Shown here: piece after piece, positions 37,916-50,385 of the stretch | Position numbering within the stretch: position 1 is the first letter of the stretch | Layout: each line of letters starts with the position of its first letter | Source: Raillietiella orientalis | Lineage: Eukaryota | DNA length: 64,000 nt | Assembly: GCA_036172245.1 (NCBI GenBank) | Contig: JAYWIR010000049.1 | Location: forward strand, 558,001-622,000 | Direction of reading: 5' to 3' | Translations under genes and position numbers: made by a program | Notes under the pieces: model-generated | What the model saw: the letters and a program-made list of their open reading frames with translations, nothing else | What the model was told of the DNA's origin: nothing | Databases searched by the model: none

Positions 37916-40900
37916 TTTTTCACCCGGATATGCCGGAGTATTTATTATTAAAATTTTAACAAAATGTAATTTTATAACAAAGTCTTGAGGTTCATTCAGG
38001 CAGAACACGTGGTTCTGCCTGTCTTGCAGCACTTGTCTTTACCGGCACGAAGGTAGGTGAGGTGCTCACCGCTGACGAAGGGGATGAGGAAACCACAAAA
38101 AACAACAGGGGAGGGAAAGGATCACTGCTCACTGCGGGTGGTCCTCTGCGTCCGGTTTTGAATGCGGAAAAGTGTTGGTATTAAAGTTCGTAGTCGGCGC
38201 CATTGGGAAGGCTTCTCCATCCAGTTGGCCGCCGAGTGGATGTCATTCCCCGTGGCCTCGCATCAATGCAGACCACTTGGCCAGGATGCCGCGTATGCAG
38301 CAAACAACTGCAACACACGCGGCTGCTGGCAGGGTGTCCCGCATTAGGAGGCGACGAAAAATGTTTCTCGGGTCTCCAACCGGAATGTTCAGGATCGACG
38401 ACAGTCGATTCCATATGGGGCGGAGGGCGACGCACTCGATTAGCAGGCGCGGGAAGATTTCCCTTTGCCCGCAGCCTGCACAACGGGCATCCACACTTCA
38501 GTGTGTCCAGTGAGAGAGGCGTGCTCTGCAAAGGAGTCCCCAATGCAGCACGAGCAGCGTCGTCGCCTGCCAATCCAAGGGGAGGGTGCCATTGTCCCAT
38601 AGCTCTGGGGGCCATTTCACCTCCTACGGAGGTATGCCGAGCAGCTCGCCCCAGCGCACAAGTTCTTTAGGCGGGACACTCGGGGTTGCAGAGTCCGCTA
38701 GCTCCTGAGTTGTCCAAGCCTTTAACAGTATTTCCCTGCCTCCGATGAGGCAGCACACTTCCCACGATGCCTCTTCCTGGCTGCCCCTAGCGTTGTTTAG
38801 TGAGGGCAGCAGTGGGGCAAGGGGAGTAAATGAAGCCCACAGAAGTTTCCGTGGATTGGAAACAATCTCCTGCAGGGGCTGTCCAGCGTACCTGCCTCTA
38901 CGGAGACATGAGTAGTCCGAGTCGCGGGAGGAGTTGATCTTAGCCCACGCAGAAACTGACTCCTCAAGCCAGGTAATGCAGTTTGCGGGGTGATAGGAGA
39001 TCCACGTATTCTCCCTCACCAGGGCAACCACGTCACGCAGCTAAAAACCACAATGGTTCAGATTGCGGTCGTTAGCCACAGGGATCGATGTGAATCCATT
39101 GCAGCCGATTGCTCTACTGGCAAGGAGGCGTGAGGGAATGTACCATGGAGTCGTCCATAATCTCGCTGCAAGGGAGAGTTTGCGAAATCGGAGCTGTCAT
39201 TCCATGCGCTCCAGCGTCAGGAGACCTAGTCCACCGTCCCTGCGTGGAGCGCACAAGTCTTTAAATCGGAAGCGGGACCTCCGTGTACCCCAGAGGGCTT
39301 TTCTCAGGAGTCCCTTTGTCCTAGTTTTTATTTGGGGTAGGCGGGGAAAACAAAAAGTAGGGGGCGGGAAAGGGGGAGGGTCGAGAAAGAGTTCCACATC
39401 GCGGCCCGTTCCTGCAAGTAAAACTTGCCGTCACGGAATAGGACATTCGCCAACTCCACCTTTCGGAGACGATCGGACCGAACTTCTGCTGCTCAGAAGT
39501 CCCCCAACGGAACGCCAAGTAGTATCCGCCCGTGGGGATCCCCAAGCGGATCAAGTCCGCCCGTCCCGCCCGCCCCGCACCAACTGGTAGGACGACTTCG
39601 TCTTGTTCACTTCGAGGCCTGTCCTGCGGCTGAGCAACTCCAAGAACTCCTCGACAGCAGAAGGCGGGGTGGACCCGGCGAGCAGCAGCAGAAGATCGTC
39701 TGCATAGACCGACACGTCAGGCGTGCCGGGACCGAGCTCGACAGGGTTGCCAGAGTCTCCCTGTATGCTCTCAGCACCAATTCGAAATAGATGCTAAAGA
39801 GCAGAGGGCTCAGGCTGTCACCTCGCCTTATGCCACGCCGAATCGGCACGCCATACACGTGCCGGCCGCTGAAAGTATGTTGATGTACGCGAAGCGCCAT
39901 CAGGAGGGCAGATAACCCAGGAACACGGTCGGGAAACCCATGCGTTCCAGGAGCTCCAGAAGGAATGTCTGGTTGACGCAGTCGAAAGCTTTACCCAGGA
40001 GTTCTGCGACCAGTTCCCTCTGCACCGCCTACCTGCGGGTTTGGGGGATGGGGTCCGTAACGAACGGGCCTATCTACAGACCCGACGTTACGCCAGGACC
40101 CCCGACATCCGCAGGCTGGTGGAATACAAAGCGGGAGCCGAGAGGCAAGCCTGGCAGTCCGGATCGGCCAGCTTGCTGGATGATCAGGGCCAGAAGCACT
40201 CGGCACCCGCTCAAATCCGCGGCCTGCTGCGGAGTTTTTATTCCTCCCTGTACGCAAGAACACCTCCCAAGCGGGATGTCTCACGAATCCTGCTCCCGAG
40301 AGGCGCTCCAGAGATCGGGGAGGAGGAGAGAAGGACCCTCGACGAGCCTTTCACGATGGACGACATCCTCTCGGCCATCAGAAAGCTCAAGAGGCGCAAG
40401 GCTCCAGGGGAGGACGGCCTGCCCGCGGAGTTTTATCAAACTTTCGCGGCTGAGCTTACTCCCCTGGTACATCAACTCGCCTTGCTGATCCGCGAAAGAG
40501 GTGACGTTCCCGCCTCGTTTCGTTCGGCAAAGGTGCGACTCCTCCCTAAGGGAGGAGATCTGAGGAGCATGAACAACTGGCGTCCCATCACAATAGTGAA
40601 TGCGGACGCCAAGTTGCTAGCGAAGGTTTGGGCAGAGCGTCTGGGACGGGTTGCCAACATCTTCATCAGCCCGGAACAGACATATGCTGTTCCCGGGCGA
40701 AGCATGGAGGCGAACCTGTTCCACGCTTCCACCTGGCTAGAGCTCCAACAAGAAAGGAGCTTGGTGCGCAGCCGGAATTCCGGTGCGTGCGCCGGCAAAG
40801 GGTCGGATGGTCGGGTGGGGGAGGGAGCCCTTGCGGTCGCAGTCGACTTGCGGAAAGCATTCGACTCCGTCGACCAGAATCTCCTGCTGGAGCTTCTGGA

Positions 40901-43410
40901 ACGCTTAGGCTTCCCGGCCTCATTATTGGCCTATCTGCGCTCCTGTTGGCGCGACGCGCTCATCAATGTTACTTTCAGCAAGCAGACCGTACACGGCGTG
41001 CCTGTGCGGCGTGGGATACGGCAGGGAGACAGGCTGAGCCCCTTGCTCTTCAGTACCTACTTTGAGTTGGTACTGAGAGCGTACAGGGAAACTCTGGCGC
41101 ACCTGCCGCACGACTGCGCCGGTACGCCTGCGGCTCCAGCATACGCGGACGACCTTCTGCTGCTGCTCCCTATGTCCACCCCGGTTTCGGCGGTCGAGGA
41201 GTTCTTCGACCTGCTGAGTCGGGGAACCGGACTGACGGTGAACAGGGCAAAGTCGTCCGTGATGCCAGTTAGTGCGGCGTGGGTAGAGCAGCAGGACTGG
41301 GTCCGTTTGGGGATCTCCACGGTACGGTACTTCAAGTACTTTGGTGTGCCATTGGGGGACTATTCCCCTGCGGAAGCGTGGTCCGGATGCCTCTAAAAGT
41401 AGAGACGGCGATCAGCCCGTTCCAAGGCGGCAGGTTTTTCCTGCCGGAACGGGCCGCGGTTTGGAACACGTTCGCGGCTCCTCTCCTCCGTTCCCTGCTT
41501 TTTGTTTGCCCCCCCACAGAGAGGATTAAAAAGCGGACGAAGAACCTCCTCCGTATCGCCCTTTGGGGCAACGGGAGGGCATGAGTCCGCCCGAAGGACT
41601 TGTGCGCTCCGCGTCGGGACGGCGGTCTCGGCCTACTGACGTTGGAACGGCTGGAGCTTCAGCTCCAGTTCCGTTTGATGGCCGTTGTGCCGGAGTTGTG
41701 ATGCACCTGCTGGTGTGTCCCTGCACGTCTCCTCCTCCAGCAAGCCACCGGAAAGACGGGACTCACGTCCTTTCTTGCACTCCGCTGCCGTGTCAACCGA
41801 TGTGGACTTCAGCTACGGAGGGTGGCTGCGCTGACACGGAGAAACCATGGATTGATCACATGTCGGCCCGCGAACGGTAGTGCCTGGTTGTAGGAAACTG
41901 TTCGCACGTGGGGACAGTGCTGCATGCAACGCTCCCAACAGGAACGACGGTTCCTGTTTGGGAGTTACAGAAGTTGAACGCTCCGTGAGATCCTGGAGGA
42001 TCCTAAGAAGAGAGCGTGGGCAGGAAGAACCCCCCTCGCTGCTGCGCTCGACTCCCTAATGGAAGATCAGGACAGCGATGTTGCGGCGAAGTGGGAGGTT
42101 ACAGTTACAATCTCTGGGAAGGAGAAGAAGATAGGAGAGTGGAAGACGGGTCAGCTAACTGACGCTGCCACCTCAAGTACGCCTCCCCATGGACTTCTGC
42201 GCTGGGGTGCGCTGCTCGATGTTCTCATTGAACGTCTAAACTGGCCCCGGTACTTATGAACACCTCCACCCTCCCCATGAAATGGCAGGAGTCGGCTCTC
42301 CTGTTGCAGCACTGGGGACTCCCCTGCAACGCCCGCTGACACCACGGGACCTGGGAAGCGGTGAACCTCAATTGTGTTAGGTGTGGGGAACGGGAATCCC
42401 TCCCCCACCTGCTTGTGGATTGTATTGCCCTTCGGCCCCTTTGGTTCCGCTTTGCCGCGGCCATCTGTATCCCCCGCAGCAACCCCAGGGACGCATTGAA
42501 AGCACTCTTCGTTGCCGACGTCCTTCGGCCAGCGACCTCGATAGCAGCCTTGTGCTGCCTTCGCGGGGTCGGCGCCGCATGCAGCAAGGCTACGGGAGGA
42601 CCTCGCGATAAGCGTGCCATCCAGCACGCCGCCGAATTTTTGAGGAGGGCGTTGCGATGGCCCCACCTGGATCCAGGAATGCAGAAAGAGCTTGCCGGCA
42701 TACTGCGAAGGATGCAACGGCCCCAGCAGCAACTGTAATCCCTTCCCGTACCCTCCCACTTTTTCTTTTCTTTTTGTTTAGTTTTTTGTTTTACCCCTTC
42801 CCCTGCTGCCGTGGTGGACCGTACCGGTCTGCGAACCGGTGACCCGGCAGGCTCTGTTTCTTCGTGCGTGGCTGGTGCAGTGGTCCAGCCACTGCACGTC
42901 TTTGGTAAAGTTTGTTTTTATAATAAACGCCCCGACGAAACCCGGGTGAAAATCGAAAGCTTTACCCAAATCTACTGCGAGCGCAAGGGCCCTGGGGGCG
43001 TGCGTTCCTTCTCGGTTTTCCCCTTGCTGGTCAGAGGGTAATACAGGATTCTCTTGACACAGCTGCGCCTCGCGTTGTTGCAGCTGCCACCAGGTGCTGG
43101 AGAGGAACAGGTTGGCTTCCATGCTTTGTCCAGGAACAGACCGGATATCCGGAATGTCCGGGACTGACCACGGATTCAGCCATCCGTCCCAGCCGCTTAG
43201 TCCAGAGTTTGGCATGCAACTTCGCATCCGCATTCACTGCTGTGATGGAACACCAGTTGCCTACGTTGCGTGTGTCTCCTTTCAGCAGGAGACGTACTCT
43301 GGCTGACCGGAACGAGTTGGGGACGTCCCCTCGTTCACGGATCAGCAGGCATAATTGGTGCACCAGGGGGACCAGCTCTGTCGCGAAACATTGATAAAAC
43401 TCCGTCTGGT
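37916..43410 (-). mobile_element. Older Tx1-clade LINE copy, interrupted by a younger antisense copy
   Basis: RT fragments EFYQ..LIRERGD..AVDLGKAFD (43410-42953) continue at 39997 with GIRRGDSLSPLLFSIYFE, RDGGLGL and CAGCGQRE; AATAAA plus hairpin at 37916-37946. Confidence 0.85.
39998..42952 (+). mobile_element. 5'-truncated L1/Tx1-clade LINE with 16-bp TSD; RT domain open (40041-41396), frameshifted C-terminus, zinc finger at ~42370
   Basis: KAPGEDG, NWRPIT, DLRKAFDSV, GIRQGDRLSPLLF, YADD, VNRAKS, FKYFGV and CVRCGERESLPHLLVDC; TSD tcgaaagctttaccca at 39982-39997 and 42953-42968. Confidence 0.95.
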
Positions 43411-43959
43411 GCTTTGAAGATGTTGAAGAGCAGAGGGCTTAAGCTGTGGTGGCTTAAGCTGCCCATCGCACCGGCATGCCGTACACGTGGCAGCCGCTGA
43501 AAATGCAGGAAGCTACTTTTGTCGGAATCTGATTTTGCCGAAGACATTGACGGGATTGATAACTGCGGGAGGTTCGTCGCCCGGTTGCGCCGAAGCGTCT
43601 ACTGGAAACGACTATTGGAACAAGAAAGCAGCGGCTGGACAGGACATGAGGTGAACTTTTGTGGACGTGACCCTGTCACTCACGTCCAAAAGGTCGAGGG
43701 GACACGTCGAGATGCCGGTGCACAGGTCAGAGTGGTCTGTCCCAGAAGGGAGGGGATAGACAAAAAGAAAACAAAACAAAAATACAACATATGTATACAT
43801 TACAACATATACGTATATTACAGGACCTCATATCCTGTCCTACTTTTCTTATTGTGAGTCTGTTCTGTTCTCCCTCTGTGTATATATACACTTACAATTG
43901 CCCTGTATATATATAAGGGAAAACTTTGTGTGCTTCAGAAAGGCATCACAGAAGGTTGC

Positions 43960-44770
43960 GGGACCACCACCAAAAATAAAAGCATATTTATTATATATAC
44001 TTATACATAGATTAACACATAGATTCATATATATACTGAAGATTATTGATATTTTATAATCTTAAAAAGTATACATGACTATTACGTATATCAGTATGTA
44101 TTCATACATGTAAATTTTAATGGAATGAATCCAAAAATATTGAATTATAAACGTACATACGTATTACATGCATATTATTAATATAATTTACATGTTTATG
44201 ATATATATTTGTATATAAATTGTTATATATTGTAAAAAATAATTGTCTATGTTTATCGTATATATAACTATGCATACCATAAATACATAGGAAATGAATG
44301 AATCTGTACATTTCGAATATATATTTATCAAGCGACCAATATTCCAGAAATAGAATTCGTCATGTAATCAGAAAGTCTCATTTATTTTTTGTTTTTATTT
44401 ATCCAATATTTTCATATTTATTTAACGTATATGCATTAAACATATAACTATATAATGAACGCACATATTTATTTTTATAACCTTCAAATTGAATGTAATA
44501 TATATCAACATTTATATCATTAATTATATCATTAATATGAATGTCAAAATAAATGTGCATAATATCTATATGTAAGCATATGTATTATTATTAATATGCA
44601 TAATAAGAAAGTATATTTATTTTTTTATAAACCTTACAGTACACTTTAACCATATATATATGTACAATATGCATTCATCTACATGTGATACGATCCTCAT
44701 GTAAATGTGCAGGATTTAAATGCAAATGTGCACGAGCATCATATAAACATTAAGACATATATTATTAATG
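43960..44770. repeat. AT-rich low-complexity island (degenerate AT/ATAC repeats)
   Basis: Very low GC against GC-rich flanks. Confidence 0.9.
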
Positions 44771-46499
44771 TTTCGGCAATTCGTTGGGCGCCTCCCAGAA
44801 TATTTGTGGAGATGCGATACGCTCCGACTGCACGGCAGCAGTGGGCTGCAGAAAAGTGGAACTTCGCGGCAAGGCAGTTCGCAGGCGCCAGCTTGGATCG
44901 CAAGGCGCCAGATCCAAGCGGACCTCGTAATGCGCGCAGCCAGGGTAACCAGGTGTATTCGAAAGTTTCAGGTGCTCTTCCGCCGTTTTCAGCATGCTTT
45001 CCTTCGTCGACACCATCTTGGTGACGGATGACGCTTTCCTGCCAGAGGACGATGGTCCATTCTCCGAACGACGCAATGAGGACTGCTTGCTGCAGCCCTG
45101 CTTGCTGAGGCTGCAGACCTCGTCCAACTCCTCCCGTCCGATGCTGGCCTCAGCCACGGAAGGCACGCGCGGGAAGACACCTAGGTGTTTATTCTCTCGT
45201 TGCAAGGAGCTGTTGGGTTCCTTGTCACCACTGCTGACTCTTCTACACACCAATAGAAGGGAGTTTCTGGCGCACTGGATCATTTCGCGCCTTCGGAGCC
45301 AGGTAATTCAGTCCCGAGAGGTGAAAATGATATAATGGAGAAGTGGGAACCCTGACAGAGGACCGAGTCTGGCAAAATCACTTCTGGGAGGGCGAGTGGT
45401 GCGCGCCGCAAGAGCCTCCGCCGGTCCGGTGCGCGCGTGCCTCCCGACAGGGAGGCGCCAGCTGCATGCGCAGGGACGGTTCTGCGCCCTGAAGTCTCAG
45501 GGTCGGTGTGGCGTCGGGCGCCGGGGCGTGCGGAGGGACTCGTGAAACGGGGGAGCTGCGCCCTCGGGTTTGCCGTTGGCCCTGCTTAGCGGATTCTGGC
45601 GTCCCGAGGCGCCGACCTCGAAGGAACCCGAGGTTTCCGCGCGCATCGCGGCCGCCTGGAGGAGTGCTGGCGCTCGACTCTCCCGGGGTGCTCGCCGTGC
45701 CCATCTGGTACTCGCGCGCAGAGTCTGTGCACATGCGCGCGCGCGCCTTGGTTTCATCCGTTGCGCGGCCACACGGCGACAGCATTCCTCCACCGCGCGG
45801 AAGAGCCCTCGCTGCGACTTTCGTTCTCTAAAGACCAAAAAAAAAAAAAAAAAAGGTCTTCCACCGGGAATCAGGAGCAGTCCCGTTCCCACCTCTCCAA
45901 ATTTCTTCGGCAAAGCATTCCCTCCAACGACTGGAACCACCCAGGTTTTCTCCTTTTCTTTCCCTCCGATTCCACAGCGAAAAGTCATGTTTCACTCTGG
46001 AAGATTTTTGGTATGCGATCCCGTCCTTTTGTATCATGTGCATTGAGTTCAGGAAAGGCCTTGAGGCTCTTTCCTCTGGAACCGAGGCGATCCGTCCGCC
46101 GATGTGGCTCCGTGCTTCGCCTCACTGCTGCTATCCCCGTGAGGACTCCCCACGGGCCGCTGATCGGCTTCCGCTCAGGAAAGGGCGCTCTGCAATTCCG
46201 AGAACTCCTCCAGCGACCTTTCCCGGACAGAATCCTGCCGTTTTCCAGAGCAGCCATCGTCAGGATTCTCCCTTGGTGACGCAAGCAGGTGAGATTACAG
46301 TCAGTCCAGAACCTGCTAGGGAGGAACGCGTCGCTTTCTCCGTCAGGAATGGGGGCGTGTTACAGTGTGAAACGCGAGCGGTGCACTCATCGTAGACACG
46401 GGGCCCGACTTGTCTTTTCCTTCCGCCCAGAAATGACAATATTCTACTGGATCCTGCAGCTGCCTTTTTCTTCTGGTTTTACTGCGGTGGATCTCTTGT

Positions 46500-49400
46500 G
46501 CCATCCGCCATCACCTGCAAATGGAAGTCATTTACGAGACGGAGAGTCCCTTCGCCTTGGCGGGCGCAGTTCATCAGCAGCGCTTTGTTGCCACCGCGAG
46601 CTTCACATTTGGTTCGGATCTTCGGCTGACCAAAGCCTTGACGACCGGAAGCTGGGCCGCACACTTCACTCCAGGGGCGCTTTGCAAGAGGTAACCGAAA
46701 TGTGGGTTTGGTTCAAAATCCCTAAAGCCCTTCAAAAGAAGTACATCTGTTGATTGTATATATTAATATACATATTTAGATATAGGTTAATATATAGTAT
46801 AAAGGTTATAAAAAAATGTACATGCATGTTGACATATCTATTTATAGATAAACGAATATGCAAATTCATTTAAACGTACATACTTATTATTGGTATAATT
46901 AACAATAAGTATTGATAGATTATCAACATATATGCATTAAATATTATAAAAATAGGTAAATGTTGTTATTATATAAATTTATATGCAGTAGATGTTTGTT
47001 AAGGGAATATATAAATGTCAAATTTTAAGAAATAAAAAGAATGGTGGCAATCAAAAATGGCGGGAAAAATCAAAAAGGCAAAGATAAGAAAACGCAAAAA
47101 AAGAAATTCGCTGTTTCGTTTTTTTTTCTTTCTGGCTTCCAGAACTCGACAAATGACACTTCCTTAGGAAATGACGAATGTCATTTTCGGGATTTTGCAC
47201 GTGAGTACGTATGTTTAGAAGTTGATGTTTACATATCCATTCCGAATACATTTTATATATATATACACTCTTCACCCTCTGTATATTGATAATATGTTAA
47301 TTATTATTATTTATCATATCAGTAAACATCCATCTTTGGATGTATGTATTAGTACATGCACATATTAATATTACTATATATAATAATAATGTATTTACTT
47401 TATCACATATGTGTTAATATATAATAAACACAGTATTAATTATGTTAATTATACGTATGTTAATAAATATTAATAAGTGTATATGTTCGATCAATATTAC
47501 AAGATGATTATATGCACATCAGTAAATATCTATAAATATGCATAGTAAAAGTAGAGTTGTATATTTATATATATATATCAATATGCACACATGTCATCAT
47601 ATATTTTAAGCTATATTTGTAATAAGCATATCATTACTAATGTATATTGATAAATGTATATTTTGGATTAATATTGCTATTAATTATATGCATATCAATA
47701 AATATTAATGAATGTACATGTTAGAAGTAAATTTGTGTATTAATCTCCATATACATACATACATCAATATGCATATATACTTATTTTCATGATCTTTACA
47801 ATGGATATTTCATATATCAATCTATACATAAACGTGCATACTAATATTTATAATAAGCATGTGTATTTATTTTTTATGTAGTCATTATTCGGGATTTCGA
47901 GCGGCACCGTTGAAATGTTTTTTATGCCATAGCAGTCGGTAAAAATTTCATCGAGCCGCGAGCGACAACCCTCATTTTGAAGGGGGAGATGACGGTGACG
48001 TCGAAGGGTATAACGATGACAGAAGAGAGGAGGAGACTTGAAGAACGGAAACCAGCAAAGTAAAGAATAGCAACGTCTCGGAGAGGAAGGTAAGCTTTCC
48101 ATAATACAATTCGTTCGAGGCTGCTTAGAGAGATGAAAAGCTGCTTCGGGGCTTCTGAGGGTATTCCGAATCGCACCGATGATGGAACCGATCGATGATT
48201 CCGATAGCTGCGAAAGGACTGTGCAAGGGAAACCATGGGCTCATGGAAACCTCGTGTAGTAGTCAGGCAGCGTCTGAAGACGTTGATGCGGAATTTGAAA
48301 CCACAGAACACACTCGCGATAAACCCGAGTCTGCGAAAAGAGTGAAAGAGGAGGAAGCAACTGACAGAAGAAGCATTTAGCGGCGTGTCTGCCCAGCAAC
48401 AACAAAAGCGGCTGATGGAAGGCCCAACACTCGCTGAAGCCGTGGGCATGCAGGGAAACGTGCTGGGGAACGTTCGTGAAGCGAAGGAACGAGTGAAATC
48501 CACGGGAGAGCTCTGGTCAGTTCTTGCTCATAGAGTGGATCCAAGATAGAGGGCAGGCCCTTTCTCCTGCTCGTTTTTTGCTAGCCCTTCCTTCAAAGAG
48601 ACCAAGTAGAGGACACCGTGCCCTTTATTCGCTGGCCGCGCCGGCGGCCGTGTGGCTGCGGAATCCGTGCAGGGCACCGAACGTCGCGGACTCGAGTCCC
48701 GCCCGGGGAAGGATCGACGCCGAGAGATGGACGCGGTGTGGGTTTCGAGTCCCACCCGCAGCATGACGCTGGTTGTGATCCCCCACGGATGCGGACTGGT
48801 TGCCTCCGTTGGTGGCTGGCGTGGGAAGTTTGACCCTCCGGGATCGTTCCACGGAGCCTTCGGTGTTTCCCCTCCAGTTATGCAAATGGAGTCGACCTCC
48901 CCAGAGGGGAGAAGAGGGAAGACCCTCCATTGCATATCAGTGAACATCTAGCGCGCTTCTTGCACTCTGGAGAGACAACCCCCCGGGATAGGTGGGTATC
49001 AACCAGCTCCATGGGAACGACTCTACTTTCCCAACTGGATGGAAACCCTGATTTCTGGAAGGACCCCGGAGGGTCAACTTCCTAATCCCGGCCACTCAAC
49101 CGGGGTATCCAGTTTTCGGCTGCGTCTATGGATGCCGCCCCTGACGCCACGCGAGGCCAACCAATGGTTAGGGTACCGGGGTCCTCAGATGAAATCATGA
49201 GGGAGGTCAAGGTTGGATTCTGCAGGCTGTGCCTCAGCAACGAAATGCTGCGGCCGCGATGCTCACTGGACCCGCAGCTTGGGACATCTGCAGGGCATGG
49301 AAATGGCGAAGACCTCGACCCCTTTTTCCCATGCAGTCCCTCACTTGACCCCGCCTTCGGAAAGGGGGGAGGATGGCGGCATAAGGAGGTGAGCGAACCC

Positions 49401-50385
49401 CGCGGGCGCAGCAGAGTCGGACCGAAGCGAACAGCACCAGAAGGGGAAGTGACCGAAGGAAAGTGGCACCCCTGCGAGAGATCTAAAAACAGATCGCTTT
49501 CGGTGCACGAATGCCGAATCATAATCTGGCGCCCCGTTCTAGTGGACATCCCTAGAGGACGCCGCGCGACGAGAATTACCTCACGTGACTTCAGATTTCT
49601 CGGTTCGCAGGTTTGTTTCCTGGACGCGGCATCGCCTCGTCGCCGTGGAGACTCAGTGCACACGTTCCGCCAGCACAGGTTCGTCTTCCATCTCTCCCTT
49701 CCTTCCCTTAGTGCCACTGGGTGGCTACCGAACCAGGTCCGTCAGGGCAGGCGCGCATCACGCCCTCCTCGGCGGCCAGAGACGTGAGGGGAGGGGAGGG
49801 GGTGAAAGACACGCCCAAGAGTGGTGCGCCGCCGCAGGGTTCCTTCTCCACCGCCGCTGCTCCGCATCCAGGAGACCATTCTTCCCCGCAGAGTTCGTAT
49901 CTTGGAACCGCGTCCTCCTCGATCTGCTCCATGTGCTCGCTCGGATGCAGCGGCTTAAGATGCGGATTCGCTGCCGTAGTGACCGTCGAACCGCGCGGAG
50001 CCTCTAGGAGGGACTTTCACCTGATACCGAGCGTTTCCGTGGTTTCCTCGGCTGGTGAGTCTGGAGAAGCTGCACGGCGGACGCTTCGCGTGGATGCGCA
50101 GCGATGGCAGGCCGGCGCCCGCGCAGGTTCTTCGAGAGACCCCGGGCGCTCTCCGCCTCGAGACGCAGAGAAGACTCCTCCGAGCTGAACTCCTGCAAGC
50201 CCCTGGGCCGACTCTTCCTCGACGAGGAGGAGGAAGGCAGCGAGACGATGCCGGGGTCCAGGTCGCAGATCTCCAGCGGCAGCTTTCTTTACAACTACAA
50301 GGACAGCAGCCGGCCCAGTACGCGCAAGGAGAGAGCAGGATCAGGATGTGGGATGCGATCCCGGAGAACGACTCGGAGTACGTGA
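46500..50385 (+). CDS. Putative unidentified spliced gene (candidate exons ~46500-46690, 49611-49678, 49712-49783, 49892-~49950, 50008-50054, 50127-50385)
   Basis: Successive polypyrimidine-AG acceptors and GT donors are phase-compatible; no recognisable domain and no clear start. Confidence 0.3.
46750..47880. repeat. AT-rich low-complexity island
   Basis: Very low GC; contains ttcgggatt MULE-end-like motifs near 47186 and 47888. Confidence 0.9.
48050..48500 (+). mobile_element. MULE transposase N-terminal (FLYWCH-like) remnant
   Basis: IATSRRG lead motif followed by a degenerate C..C..H pattern; in-frame stops. Confidence 0.35.
48634..48950 (+). mobile_element. Repeat family B copy (best-preserved head), abutting an inverted partial copy at 48960-49120
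   Basis: ggccgcg head; T-arm 1 at 48686-48702; T-arm 2 GTGGG-TTTCGAGT-CCCAC at 48738-48755. Confidence 0.7.

Noticed and set aside
37903..38002. 11-bp inverted repeat around a LINE terminus (tgcctgaatga / tcattcaggca)
   Set aside because: Seen in only one copy; could be chance.
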